Positions 17,987-27,809 of a stretch of DNA of 30,815 nucleotides are shown here, one piece after another. The position numbers and the translations under genes are program-made. The stretch lies in assembly GCA_029856155.1 (NCBI GenBank), contig JAHQWL010000061.1, positions 1 through 30,815 on the forward strand, given 5' to 3'. The DNA comes from Promethearchaeia archaeon. GTDB taxonomy: Archaea; Asgardarchaeota; Lokiarchaeia; Sigyniarchaeales; SOKP01. Within the stretch, counting starts at the first letter, position 1. Every line of letters starts with the position of its first letter. Under the pieces are notes generated by a model. The model was not told where the DNA came from, did no database searches, and worked only from the letters and a program-made list of their open reading frames with translations.

Positions 17987-20900
17987 TTATAATGGCCTTG
18001 AAATTTCCTTGAAAAGCTTTTTGATAAATCCTTCAAAATTATCCTTAGTATATTTTACATTGAGTAAATGCCAGAGAACGCGAGGTATATTTTCTTCTTT
18101 TTCATATACAGGAATAATTTTTAAGATCTGTTTTTTCCTCATTTGAAAAGCTGCTTGCCATTCATCATTCACAGCTTGTGATTGTAAAGAGTTTTCTGAA
18201 CAATATAAAATAAACACATTGCATTTTCTGAGTGCTTTTTCCATATATTCCACTATATTTTCTCCACTATCTCTTTCCCAAAATAGAACATCGTCTATCT
18301 CTTCATATTTTTTTAAATGTTCCGCGATTTTTGGAATTTCGAAATAATCTGAATCCTGCGTAGAATAACTTAGAAATATTTTATAATTCCCTTTTTTTAC
18401 TTTCTTAGGTGAAATTAGCGGGAAATTAATCTTATCTTGGGAATCGGGTATTAAGGATCTTCCTTCCCATCTCTCATATGATTGTAATAGATCATTGATT
18501 TTTTCATCAATAGGTTTCAATTTTTCCATTTTTTCCATTAAATCGGTGCTTGTAATTTCTTCTCCAAATGCTTCTGCTGTTTTACGACGCTGTTCTTCTA
18601 ATTTTCGTTCAGCTTCTTGCTTCTCAAGTAATTCAGCCAAATCTTTGCGTATAGAGACACTATCATCATAACATTTATCAAATAAAAGTCCTTCTTGATA
18701 GAGGCTTAATTTATATCCTAAAGAATCTAAGGCATTATAGAATAATGAAATTCTTTTTTTCAGACTATTCTTGAAGAATTCGTCAACTTGAGAGGGTGGT
18801 ATTTTTGGTAATCGTTTCTCAACGTTTCTAAATTGTTGATATATGAATTGTTTTGAAAATCTTTCTAAATGTGGAATTGAATTTAATTGCTCCTCTTCCT
18901 CCTCTCTTTTAGTTTCTTCTTCTTCAATTTTCATGGAAAGAACTCTTTCTTTTTCCCTTTCTCTTTTCTTTTTCGCTGTAAACCTTGCTGCTTTTTTAAC
19001 AACTATAATTGAAACTGCTAAAAATGATACTATAATACTTAAGATTATAATTAACCTAATAATCGGACCGAGATCTAAAGGTTTCTTAACTGCTTCAACC
19101 GTTGCATTCCAATATACTATCATATTTCCTTCGCAAAATTCTTGTATTATATTTTCTCCGTTTTCCTTAATAAAATCTTTAATAATGAGATTATTATGAC
19201 TCTTGTATAATTTTACGCCAATATTATTGTTATAAATAGAATTATTTATAAGATAATTGTTACTACTCAAATTTAATTTAATCCCGTTCTCACAATTAAA
19301 TATTTTATTTTTAGAAATTGTATTATTGTTGCTATTATCAGAAGAATTATCTAAAAATGGAGGAGTCTCATGAAAGGCTAATATATATTTGGATATAAAA
19401 AACTCAGAACCCAATGAGATAAAATGATTATCAATATGATCATGAGCAGTCCAAGGGGGTGTATTATGATCAAGTCTCTCTATAAAATAATGGTTATTTC
19501 CTGATGAAAAATGTTGATCATTCCAAGTAATTAGATAGTTATCACCATGTGCCATGTGAACTTCACTAGCCCATTCTTGAATATTATCTCGAAATATTAA
19601 AATATCATTCCAATCGGCAATTCTATATGCCGGTCCAAACTCATCCTTTACGGCATCATCCAAATCCTCAGTATTTGTATGGAGATAATTAGTTACTCGA
19701 AATAACTCAGAAATTGAATAAGATCCTATTAAATTAATTCCATTCTTACAATTGGAAATAATATTATTCGAGATATTGTTATAGTTGCTATAATGGGTAT
19801 AAATTCCAGTATAAGTGCAATTCTTTATAAAATTATAATCTATATGTGTATCATCAGTCTCATATAAAAATATTCCATGATTATTGGTTGACTTGTTGTT
19901 GGTAAGTTTATTATTAGATATTGTTAAATAATCACAATATTCAGAGCTAACAGAACGATCTTTAGAGTCCACTACTTTATTTTCAATTACATAATTATAA
20001 TTACTCTTATATAATTTTACTCCGATATCACAGGTATAAATAGAATTATTTAAAATAGAGTTGTTTTTACCAAATTCCAAATTTACCCCATTCTCACAAT
20101 TAGATATCTTATTATGTGAAATATTATTAAAGCTGCTATAATATGAATAAATTCCATTAGAAACACAATTATTTATTGTATTATTTTCTATTATGGTTTT
20201 ATTGCTATAAAATAAAGTAATTCCATCATATAGATAATTAAAAATCCTATTTCCTAAAATATTAGTATTGTAACTATACCAACTATTTATTGCTGAATCA
20301 ATAGAATCGATTGCAAAATTGTTTTTAATATCTGTATTATTACAAGAATTAATAATAATAAAATAATTACTACCAGATGCATTATTTTGAGAAATAATGT
20401 TATAATTACAGTAATTTAATGAAATAGAATTGAATATATCGATATTTTGAGTAATGTTAACAAAGTTACAACTATATATATACATACTGTAGGATCCTCC
20501 ACTTATATTATTTAGCGAGATAGTGATAAAAGAACTATTGAACAAATGGATCCCGCGTGATATACCGGTTTGTTGTATTATATTTTCTTGAATTGCAAAT
20601 GAACTACTTGATCTAACATTAATACCTCTCGATTCACCCCAAGTAGGACCATTCAATGATATGGAATTATTTTTTATTTTTCCATTCGTAATATTATTTA
20701 AAAAAATTCCACCCTCTAAACTTGAAGAACCATTATTAGCTAACGTGCAGTTTTTTATCTCAAAATATTCTTGAGAATTCTCAATTGTAATGCAAAAGTC
20801 TGTCCCACCGGCATCAATTTCTAAATTTTGAATTATATAAGGATCAGAACTAGTTCCTGAACCTATACAAATTCCTGCAGCCTTTACATCTGTCCAGTTA

Positions 20901-21100
20901 TTGTTTATGTAAATTTTTGGTGAAATTTTAGAAATTTTAGGTTTAGTTTTTTCAAAACTTTTTATTTGGTCAAAATTTAATACATTATTACTAAATCTGT
21001 GGACATTTCCAATATAATTAAAGCAGATAATAATAAAAGTTAAAATAAAAATTTTCAAAATTAAGAATTTCCTATTTCTTTCTTTTCTTGTTAAAATCAT
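17987..21100 (-). CDS. Receptor-like membrane protein: NosD/beta-helix ectodomain, TM, coiled coil and C-terminal TIR domain
   Basis: N-terminal signal/anchor; GSGTSSDPYIIQ cap and parallel beta-helix repeats; TM IIRLIIILSIIVSFLAVSIIVV (aa ~680-701) followed by KK..KKKR; E/K/R-rich stalk. TIR: KIFLSYS..D...LFWERDSGENIVEYMEKALRKCNVFILYCSENSLQSQAVNDEWQAA...IIPV....IP. Confidence 0.9.
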   Translation of the reverse strand: MILTRKERNRKFLILKIFILTFIIICFNYIGNVHRFSNNVLNFDQIKSFEKTKPKISKISPKIYINNNWTDVKAAGICIGSGTSSDPYIIQNLEIDAGGTDFCITIENSQEYFEIKNCTLANNGSSSLEGGIFLNNITNGKIKNNSISLNGPTWGESRGINVRSSSSFAIQENIIQQTGISRGIHLFNSSFITISLNNISGGSYSMYIYSCNFVNITQNIDIFNSISLNYCNYNIISQNNASGSNYFIIINSCNNTDIKNNFAIDSIDSAINSWYSYNTNILGNRIFNYLYDGITLFYSNKTIIENNTINNCVSNGIYSYYSSFNNISHNKISNCENGVNLEFGKNNSILNNSIYTCDIGVKLYKSNYNYVIENKVVDSKDRSVSSEYCDYLTISNNKLTNNKSTNNHGIFLYETDDTHIDYNFIKNCTYTGIYTHYSNYNNISNNIISNCKNGINLIGSYSISELFRVTNYLHTNTEDLDDAVKDEFGPAYRIADWNDILIFRDNIQEWASEVHMAHGDNYLITWNDQHFSSGNNHYFIERLDHNTPPWTAHDHIDNHFISLGSEFFISKYILAFHETPPFLDNSSDNSNNNTISKNKIFNCENGIKLNLSSNNYLINNSIYNNNIGVKLYKSHNNLIIKDFIKENGENIIQEFCEGNMIVYWNATVEAVKKPLDLGPIIRLIIILSIIVSFLAVSIIVVKKAARFTAKKKREREKERVLSMKIEEEETKREEEEEQLNSIPHLERFSKQFIYQQFRNVEKRLPKIPPSQVDEFFKNSLKKRISLFYNALDSLGYKLSLYQEGLLFDKCYDDSVSIRKDLAELLEKQEAERKLEEQRRKTAEAFGEEITSTDLMEKMEKLKPIDEKINDLLQSYERWEGRSLIPDSQDKINFPLISPKKVKKGNYKIFLSYSTQDSDYFEIPKIAEHLKKYEEIDDVLFWERDSGENIVEYMEKALRKCNVFILYCSENSLQSQAVNDEWQAAFQMRKKQILKIIPVYEKEENIPRVLWHLLNVKYTKDNFEGFIKKLFKEISRPL

Positions 21101-21261
21101 TGGTTTTCACTTTCTTTATTAATTTAAAATTTTAATGGGAAATCAATTTGAAATTTCAGATTTGTCATCCCAGAAGGGGAAATCTATAAAATCTTTTACA
21201 ATAGTTAGCAATAGGATTGGGAAAAACTTCAAATTATCTTATAAATCTAATAACATCAACT

Positions 21262-21990
21262 CTATTTTTGTGTCTTCTTTAAATTTTTCAATTTTTTCAA
21301 TGTCCTACGAACGTCTTTATCCTGTGGATTAAGTTTTTTTAGTTGTTTATAACAATAAATTGCGTTTTGATATCCTCCTAACTTTTGATAAAGTACCCCC
21401 ATATCTTTCCAAACTTCCCTATACCCCGAATTGATTTGCACTGCTTTCTCATATGATTCTATAGCCTTTCTATAATTCTCCATCTTCTCATACACATTTC
21501 CCATACATTTCCACGCTTTAGAATGATTCGGATGAAGTTCAATTGCTTTTCTAAAATTTTCAATAGCCTTATTATAAACATTTGACTCTTTAAAGCAAAT
21601 ACCCATACCAATATATGCTGAAGAATAGTTCGGTTTAATTTTAAGTGCTTCCTGGAATTTTTTTATAGCTTCATTGTATTTTCCCTCTTCCTGCAATTTC
21701 TGACCTTCTGAATTGCAAGCTTTTGAAGCCCAATCCTCATAGGGGATATGACCCGTAGTTGATGGTCTATATGTGGTATAGCTGGGTTTATATGATGGTG
21801 TATAACTTGGAGTTGATGGATAAGTTGGCTGAATCTTGGGTTGTTGGGATTGAAGGATCATATCTGCCTGCTTCTCAAACATTTTATTATATTTCATGGG
21901 AGATGATGAATATTCTAATCCTCCTAATCCTCCATGTGCTTTTTTAAAATCATTCTTAAGTTGATCTATTATCCTTTTCTTCTCACTCAA
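21262..21990 (-). CDS. TPR-repeat protein with a Tyr/Pro/Ser/Thr-rich linker
   Basis: About four TPRs (GKYNEAIKKFQEALKIKP, AYIGMG..AIENFRKAIELHP, AWKCMG..AIESYEKAVQIN, VWKDMG..AIYCYKQLKKLNP); linker QPTYPSTPSYTPSYKPSYTTYRPST; TTG start. Confidence 0.88.
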   Translation of the reverse strand: MSEKKRIIDQLKNDFKKAHGGLGGLEYSSSPMKYNKMFEKQADMILQSQQPKIQPTYPSTPSYTPSYKPSYTTYRPSTTGHIPYEDWASKACNSEGQKLQEEGKYNEAIKKFQEALKIKPNYSSAYIGMGICFKESNVYNKAIENFRKAIELHPNHSKAWKCMGNVYEKMENYRKAIESYEKAVQINSGYREVWKDMGVLYQKLGGYQNAIYCYKQLKKLNPQDKDVRRTLKKLKNLKKTQK

Positions 21991-22421
21991 TTTTAATCAT
22001 TTTTTTTTGAATTTCGTCAACGATATATATGAATTAAAATGATATTTTTGTTTTTAAACTTTTATGTGATAATCGGAATCAAAAATATTAGTAATTTCAT
22101 GTAAAAAAAACCTTGTTGAACTCTTTATAATTGATTTCTAGATCATATATGATAATCGATATGCAAAAGATCTAGATCTTATTCTGATATAGTTAATTAT
22201 CATCATTCATTCAATTTTGGGTGTATTAGCTGCAATTACAATTTGGATTCTGTCTCAAAAATCAAAAAAGGGTAAATTAACCCCCGAGTTCCTTAAAGCT
22301 TTAGAGCACAATATTTTTAATTCTCAATTTATATGGGTTTTTATGAATAATTTTTACTAGTAATCTTTTTATTTCTTCCTTTTCTATGATATTGTATTAA
22401 AAAAATAGAAAGTTAAGAGTC

Positions 22422-23270
22422 TTGATTCAGTTGGAAGCTTTGTTAGGTTTTATTATGATTTTAGCTATTAGCCTTTTGAGTTTAATAGGTGTATTTATGA
22501 TTTCACTTAAAGAAAAGACTTTAGATAAGCTACTATTTATTCTTGTGGCATTTGCTACCGGTACAATTCTTGCTACAGCGCTATTTGATTTAATTCCTGA
22601 ATCTCTCCACCATCTCGAAGAATTAAATGCAGGGGGGGCGGGGATTGTTGAAAGTCTTCTATTCGCAATAGTAATTATAGGGTTTGTAATATTCTTTGTA
22701 CTGGAACGTTTTATTTATTGGTTTCATGGACATGCTCATGAAAAGGATGACCAGTTAGTCTGTTATGATACTCTTACAGAAGGTTTAGATAATATTGTAG
22801 ATAAAGGGCAAAAGATTAAAAATTTCGCACTTCTAAATTTAATTGGTGATGGTTTACACAATTTTTTAGACGGTATTATTATAATGGTCGCATTCTTAAG
22901 TGGAATTGGGAATGGGATTATTATAACTCTTGCTGTATTATTCCATGAATTACCACAGGAAATTGGAGATTTTGGAATCCTTATATATGGAGGATTTACA
23001 AAAAAGAAAGCTCTTTTGTTTAACTTTTTAAGTGCTTTGGTTGCATTGCTTGGAGGATTATTAGCTTTTTTCTTATCTGCTCAGATAGACATATTTAATT
23101 TCTTCTTTTTAGCGTTTTCTGGTGGTGGTTTTTTGTACATAGCTAGCACAGAACTCATGCCGGAACTGTTAAAGGAAAAGAACTTGAAGAGATCAATTAT
23201 CCAATCATTATTATTCTTGAGTGGTGTTATTCTTATAATGATCTTAATTATCGTTTTACCACATGAATAA
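22422..23270 (+). CDS. ZIP-family metal (zinc) transporter
   Basis: AFATG..DLIPES, His loop HGHAHE, TM4 GDGLHNFLDG, TM5 HELPQEIGDF, and GGFLYIA..ELMPEL. Confidence 0.92.
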   Translation: MIQLEALLGFIMILAISLLSLIGVFMISLKEKTLDKLLFILVAFATGTILATALFDLIPESLHHLEELNAGGAGIVESLLFAIVIIGFVIFFVLERFIYWFHGHAHEKDDQLVCYDTLTEGLDNIVDKGQKIKNFALLNLIGDGLHNFLDGIIIMVAFLSGIGNGIIITLAVLFHELPQEIGDFGILIYGGFTKKKALLFNFLSALVALLGGLLAFFLSAQIDIFNFFFLAFSGGGFLYIASTELMPELLKEKNLKRSIIQSLLFLSGVILIMILIIVLPHE

Positions 23271-23325
23271 AATTAATAAATACTTGTCAGATCATGGCAA
23301 TAATATCTAAATCAAGGGGACTAAA

Positions 23326-23865
23326 ATGAATAATGAAGAATTACCACGCCCTGGATCAGTAATGTTTGATTTTCATTATCAAGATGAAGAATCTAAGAAA
23401 AAGACTTTAAATAAATGGAAAAAATTAAATAAGTATTTAATGGTACCATTGTATAGAGCAAAATTGTTACCATTATTAGGGTTCGGAAAAATTTTTCTGA
23501 TTTTAAAGACTAAAGGATGGAAAACAGGAAAAATGAGGAGAACTCCGTTAGAATATAGAAGATATGAGGGAACCATTATTATCTTTGCAGCAAGAGGTGA
23601 AAGTGCGACGTGGGTTAAAAATATGCGCTCAAATCCAAATGATGTTTCAGTAATGTATGGATTTCATCATTTCAAACCTCGGATAGATTTTGTGTCTGAT
23701 GTAGATCAAAAAAGTGCAATTATGAAATGGTATGTAACGAAATTTGGTAAGGCAGCAAAAGTATTGTTTGGTTGGGATTCTACAAAAGATGATCCAGATA
23801 CTACTAATTTCTCAAAATTGATAAGTTTGCTGTCTATTGTCTTACTTCATAAGAACGATAATTGA
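23326..23865 (+). CDS. Deazaflavin (F420H2)-dependent nitroreductase/quinone reductase family protein
   Basis: LILKTKGWKTGKMRRTPL and WVKNMRSNP are the DDN-family motifs. Confidence 0.85.
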   Translation: MNNEELPRPGSVMFDFHYQDEESKKKTLNKWKKLNKYLMVPLYRAKLLPLLGFGKIFLILKTKGWKTGKMRRTPLEYRRYEGTIIIFAARGESATWVKNMRSNPNDVSVMYGFHHFKPRIDFVSDVDQKSAIMKWYVTKFGKAAKVLFGWDSTKDDPDTTNFSKLISLLSIVLLHKNDN

Positions 23866-23913
23866 CCTATTTATTGCCCTCTAGAATAAAAATCATAGTG
23901 ATGTGATTTATTT

Positions 23914-24348
23914 TTATGACTTAATTATTGGTTTATTTTCACAAAATCCAACAATTAATAGAATAAGAATTACACTACACGCCAGAAGTTCAAATGCGCC
24001 AAAAGGTAGAAACACAATTGCAAGTATCATTGTAATGAATAGACTTACAAAACCAATCCAAAAACCCCACAATAAATTTTTAAAAAGTCCTACTGTGGAA
24101 ATAACTCGCATTAAGCTGAATGCCCAGAAAATGGGTGCTAAAGATAAAGGTTGAGATTCTAAGAGCTGTTGAATAAGAGGAACATAAAATTGAAAAAATA
24201 ATGAAATATTAGGAATCAGATTTAATACCATAAGGACAATCACAATGCTATCTAGTATTTCAAGAATAGAATATATCAGCATTGAAATTGATGCTACAAA
24301 TAAAAACTTATTATTCTTAATATTAAGGTGATCTTTGGAAGCTTTCAT
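23914..24348 (-). CDS. Hypothetical membrane protein (3-4 TM)
   Basis: 144-aa hydrophobic ORF with ATG start. Confidence 0.7.
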   Translation of the reverse strand: MKASKDHLNIKNNKFLFVASISMLIYSILEILDSIVIVLMVLNLIPNISLFFQFYVPLIQQLLESQPLSLAPIFWAFSLMRVISTVGLFKNLLWGFWIGFVSLFITMILAIVFLPFGAFELLACSVILILLIVGFCENKPIIKS

Positions 24349-24488
24349 AGATGAGCTTATATTATAATGCTATTCTTTTTTAATTTCAATTATTAATATT
24401 TATGATTTCTTTTTTAATTTTGGGAATAACGCTTCAGTTTTTTTTATATTCAATTTGTTTTACACCAAAAATAATGAAATTCGAGAAT

Positions 24489-25367
24489 TTATTCTCTTCC
24501 TAAGATGAACTTAAGAAATAAACCCCAGTCTTTCATATGTACAAAAAATGCAGGGATTTTTTTTCTATATTCCTTGTATGAATCTCCAAATCGATTAATT
24601 AATTCTTTTTCTTCCACAAAATAAATATGAATATACATCCCAATGTATAATATCAGAAAGAATGTAATTGAATAAAGAGTTAATTGAATAATCATTCCTC
24701 CAAAGCAAAGCAATATAAGACCACTATATGTTGGATGCCGTAATACTGAGTAAATTTTATGATCCTGTAATTCACTCTCTTCTGGGAAATAAAGGTAAGT
24801 CACTGTCATATAATCAAAACCAAAAGTTTCAATGGCTCGAAACATCATCATCATACCTAATAAGCAAAAAAATCCTCCTAATATGAAACGTATATATCCA
24901 AGGAGTAGAGAAATTGGGGTAAGATATGATGTTAAAGGAGTTATAAATATTGAGAAGGGAAACTGGGACCAGAAATTAAGATCCCATTGATGAAAAGGAA
25001 TTAAATTATGCACTACAATAGAAAAGATAATAACCACACCTCCAAATCCAAAAAGAAATACTTTTTGATATGATAACTGACCATACTTCGCTTTTAAACG
25101 GTCTCGTTGGTACCACATTTGATATACTAAGAATATTGCTATGAACCCCATTAGAGTCACTCCTAAAACTGGAAAAATGAGAATGAAATAAATTAATGCC
25201 CCCTCAACAGTAATTATAGTTGGTAATAAATCAAAATAGATTTGGATCATTAGACTAAGAATAAAAACGAAAAGACAATATATCGGTAGAATAAATATCT
25301 TTTTGCCTGAAAATTTTGGTAATTTTTCTCGAAATTTATCTATTCCTTTTAACTTCAATCTTTTCAC
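24489..25367 (-). CDS. Isoprenylcysteine carboxyl methyltransferase/PEMT-family membrane methyltransferase
   Basis: IYSVLRHPTYSG and EEKELINRFGDSYKEYRKKIP motifs, with an extended multi-TM N-terminus. Confidence 0.85.
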   Translation of the reverse strand: MKRLKLKGIDKFREKLPKFSGKKIFILPIYCLFVFILSLMIQIYFDLLPTIITVEGALIYFILIFPVLGVTLMGFIAIFLVYQMWYQRDRLKAKYGQLSYQKVFLFGFGGVVIIFSIVVHNLIPFHQWDLNFWSQFPFSIFITPLTSYLTPISLLLGYIRFILGGFFCLLGMMMMFRAIETFGFDYMTVTYLYFPEESELQDHKIYSVLRHPTYSGLILLCFGGMIIQLTLYSITFFLILYIGMYIHIYFVEEKELINRFGDSYKEYRKKIPAFFVHMKDWGLFLKFILGRE

Positions 25368-25500
25368 TGGTTTAGTTAGGTTTTATTTTCTTAATTTTTG
25401 AAAAATCCAACACAATTTATGTAAAAGATTGGTTTATTATTAATTTATGAGCGAAGTCTTTTTCTGAGTTTTTGAAAGAATGTTCCTGTATTTTTCTGAT

Positions 25501-25522
25501 ATTTACGATATTTATCGTAAAT
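25501..25522. promoter_or_regulatory. Perfect inverted repeat, operator candidate
   Basis: ATTTACGATA-tt-TATCGTAAAT (10-bp arms), about 57 nt upstream of the ATG at 25579. Confidence 0.65.
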
Positions 25523-25578
25523 TTAAGTGTTTTAAGGAATTAAATCAATTAATATAATAAAAATTAAAAGTGATTAAT

Positions 25579-25755
25579 ATGGAATTTGAAACTATAATTT
25601 ATGAGAAAATTAAAAAAATTGGGTATATAACGTTAAATAGACCCGAAAAGCACAATGCATTGAATTTTCAAATGCTCGATGATTTAGATGCGGTACTTGA
25701 TTATGCTGAAGCAGAATCAAGTTTTTCAACAAATTCGACCAGAATTTTAACATAA
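25579..25755 (+). pseudogene. 5' fragment of enoyl-CoA hydratase/isomerase (crotonase)
   Basis: MEFETIIYEKIKKIGYITLNRPEKHNALNFQMLDDLDAVLDYAEA followed by unrelated sequence and a stop; SD-like GTGAT precedes the ATG. Confidence 0.85.
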
Positions 25756-25907
25756 CTAAAACAAGCTAATCGAGTTTTTTACAAAAGAAAATAAATCCTT
25801 ACCATATCTATGCTTAATTAATAGTAGAAATTATTATAATATCAATTTGCAGTTAATAATCTAAGATAATATGTAATAAAATAAAAAAATTTGAATTAAA
25901 ATATTAA

Positions 25908-27809
25908 TTAACTCCAAGTATATATACTTAGATTTTTAATTATTGAGTCGTAGGCCTTAAATGCATAATCATTTTTATTTGACCCAAAAACATTAATTGT
26001 ATATGAATACGAATTGTGAAACGAAACTCTACTTGATTGAAAAGCTAAGATAACATAAATAGTGGAATTTGTCACAGATACAAAAGAATTTCCCATTGTA
26101 TATATATAAAATATAAAATCAATTTGAATTATTTCTAAAATAGAATCCTCTAAAAGGTAAACCTCCCAAATTCCATAACATTTATCTACATTTATTTTTG
26201 CCGAGTCTCTAGCTACAATATGATTTACAGATGCATTTTTGAGAATTAGCTCTGAATCATTAATACAAAAAATTTCACGCACATAATAATCTTTTATAGT
26301 TAATCTAGCAGTTCCGTTTATCTCTATCAATCTCAAAACTCTCTGTGAAAAAATAATATTTACGAGAGTTGTAAAGTTCACATAACTCCCAGTACCAGTA
26401 AAGCCTCCCGAACCCAAATTTAATGAACCATCATATATAATTACGCCTTCATTTAAATACCGAATAGTACAGTTTTCAACATATGCTACATCTCTCCCAC
26501 CCAAAGATAAATCATTTATAAATGAATTAGCAATGTATATATTATCTCTAGCCAAGTTTGTGAAAAGGTAATAAGTCGAAATGCTATATATATCACAATT
26601 ATTAATCGTTATTGAATTTGTAGTATCGCAGTCTAAATCAGAGATTTTAGTATTTATCATAATTAGTTCACTATTATCAAAGCATCTTAATTTTGCGTGA
26701 GAAAAGTCATTATTCTCTAATGTTAAAAAAGAAGAATCCCTCAGTGTTCCGCAAAATACTGAGAAATGTGTAAATGTTAAGGACGAATCAGTAAGGTTAG
26801 CTATGGTTGCTCTGGAATTGTCATGAAGATAAACCGAACAAGAAAAATTGTTCATATTTACAACCGCAGAACTATTTGTTGCAACTGATACTAATAAAGG
26901 AGTGGTCACAACCGAATTGATTAATCGTGTGTTGTTAATATAATTTGTACCTGTAATTTTACCTCCATCTATATTTGTGGTTCCTGAGTATGCTACAATT
27001 CCATAATAATAATGACTTGTAACAGTACATTGATCCAAAATAACTCGTGTCATATCATAAACATCCAAATTCTCGAGAATAGATCCGTAAAAACTCAAAT
27101 TTGCATACCCTTTTACAGTTACACTTTGTAAAGTAGAGTTTTCTATAGTTCCAGTAATCTTTATGAGAGGTGAAGTTGTTTCAATAAAAATTGACTCAAT
27201 CCCAGGTAATTTACAATCCTTTATGAATAAGTCACATCCTTCCGTTATTTCAATATGATGAATAGTAGAATTATTTATTATTGAAAGCGAAGTTTGGTAA
27301 TAGAACACTCCTGGAACTATGTAGGGTGGACTTACTGCTATATAATTTATAGAAGAATTCTTGATTATGGCTGAGCTATAATCAAAAAGCCTAAGTTCTT
27401 CAAAAGTACAGTTTTCAACTATTAGAGAACTCTCATCATGTAAATAAATGATAAGTCCCGTATAATTGATGCTTTTAAGAGATAATTTCACATCATTATG
27501 CAAAGAAATTGATAATAGTCGAGTAGCATTATTAATTGTACAATTTATACAATCAGTTGAGTTAACAATAGGATAACCATTAACTTTTCCACTAGTGATA
27601 TTTAAAAAATTACTAATTACAACATCTCCGTATGTAAACTTTACAGCGTATTCAAGAAAATCTATAGATGAATTCTCCACATAAGTATTAGATTGTGGAC
27701 CTGGAATGCTTGGTGATGGTCTAAAGAATAATATATAAATGAAACTAAAAGATATTAATACAATGGGGATTATCAAAATTGTAGCAAATATTTTATAACC
27801 TTTTTTCAT
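25908..27809 (-). CDS. N-terminally anchored beta-solenoid surface protein
   Basis: MKK plus a TM helix, Pro linker, and repeats of the type LxDxSxxxIxNS/C; internal duplication (GIVAYSGTTNIDGGKITG..YINNTRL vs GVIIYDGSLNLGSGGFTG..YVNFTTL); many NxS/T sequons. Confidence 0.75.
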   Translation of the reverse strand: MKKGYKIFATILIIPIVLISFSFIYILFFRPSPSIPGPQSNTYVENSSIDFLEYAVKFTYGDVVISNFLNITSGKVNGYPIVNSTDCINCTINNATRLLSISLHNDVKLSLKSINYTGLIIYLHDESSLIVENCTFEELRLFDYSSAIIKNSSINYIAVSPPYIVPGVFYYQTSLSIINNSTIHHIEITEGCDLFIKDCKLPGIESIFIETTSPLIKITGTIENSTLQSVTVKGYANLSFYGSILENLDVYDMTRVILDQCTVTSHYYYGIVAYSGTTNIDGGKITGTNYINNTRLINSVVTTPLLVSVATNSSAVVNMNNFSCSVYLHDNSRATIANLTDSSLTFTHFSVFCGTLRDSSFLTLENNDFSHAKLRCFDNSELIMINTKISDLDCDTTNSITINNCDIYSISTYYLFTNLARDNIYIANSFINDLSLGGRDVAYVENCTIRYLNEGVIIYDGSLNLGSGGFTGTGSYVNFTTLVNIIFSQRVLRLIEINGTARLTIKDYYVREIFCINDSELILKNASVNHIVARDSAKINVDKCYGIWEVYLLEDSILEIIQIDFIFYIYTMGNSFVSVTNSTIYVILAFQSSRVSFHNSYSYTINVFGSNKNDYAFKAYDSIIKNLSIYTWS

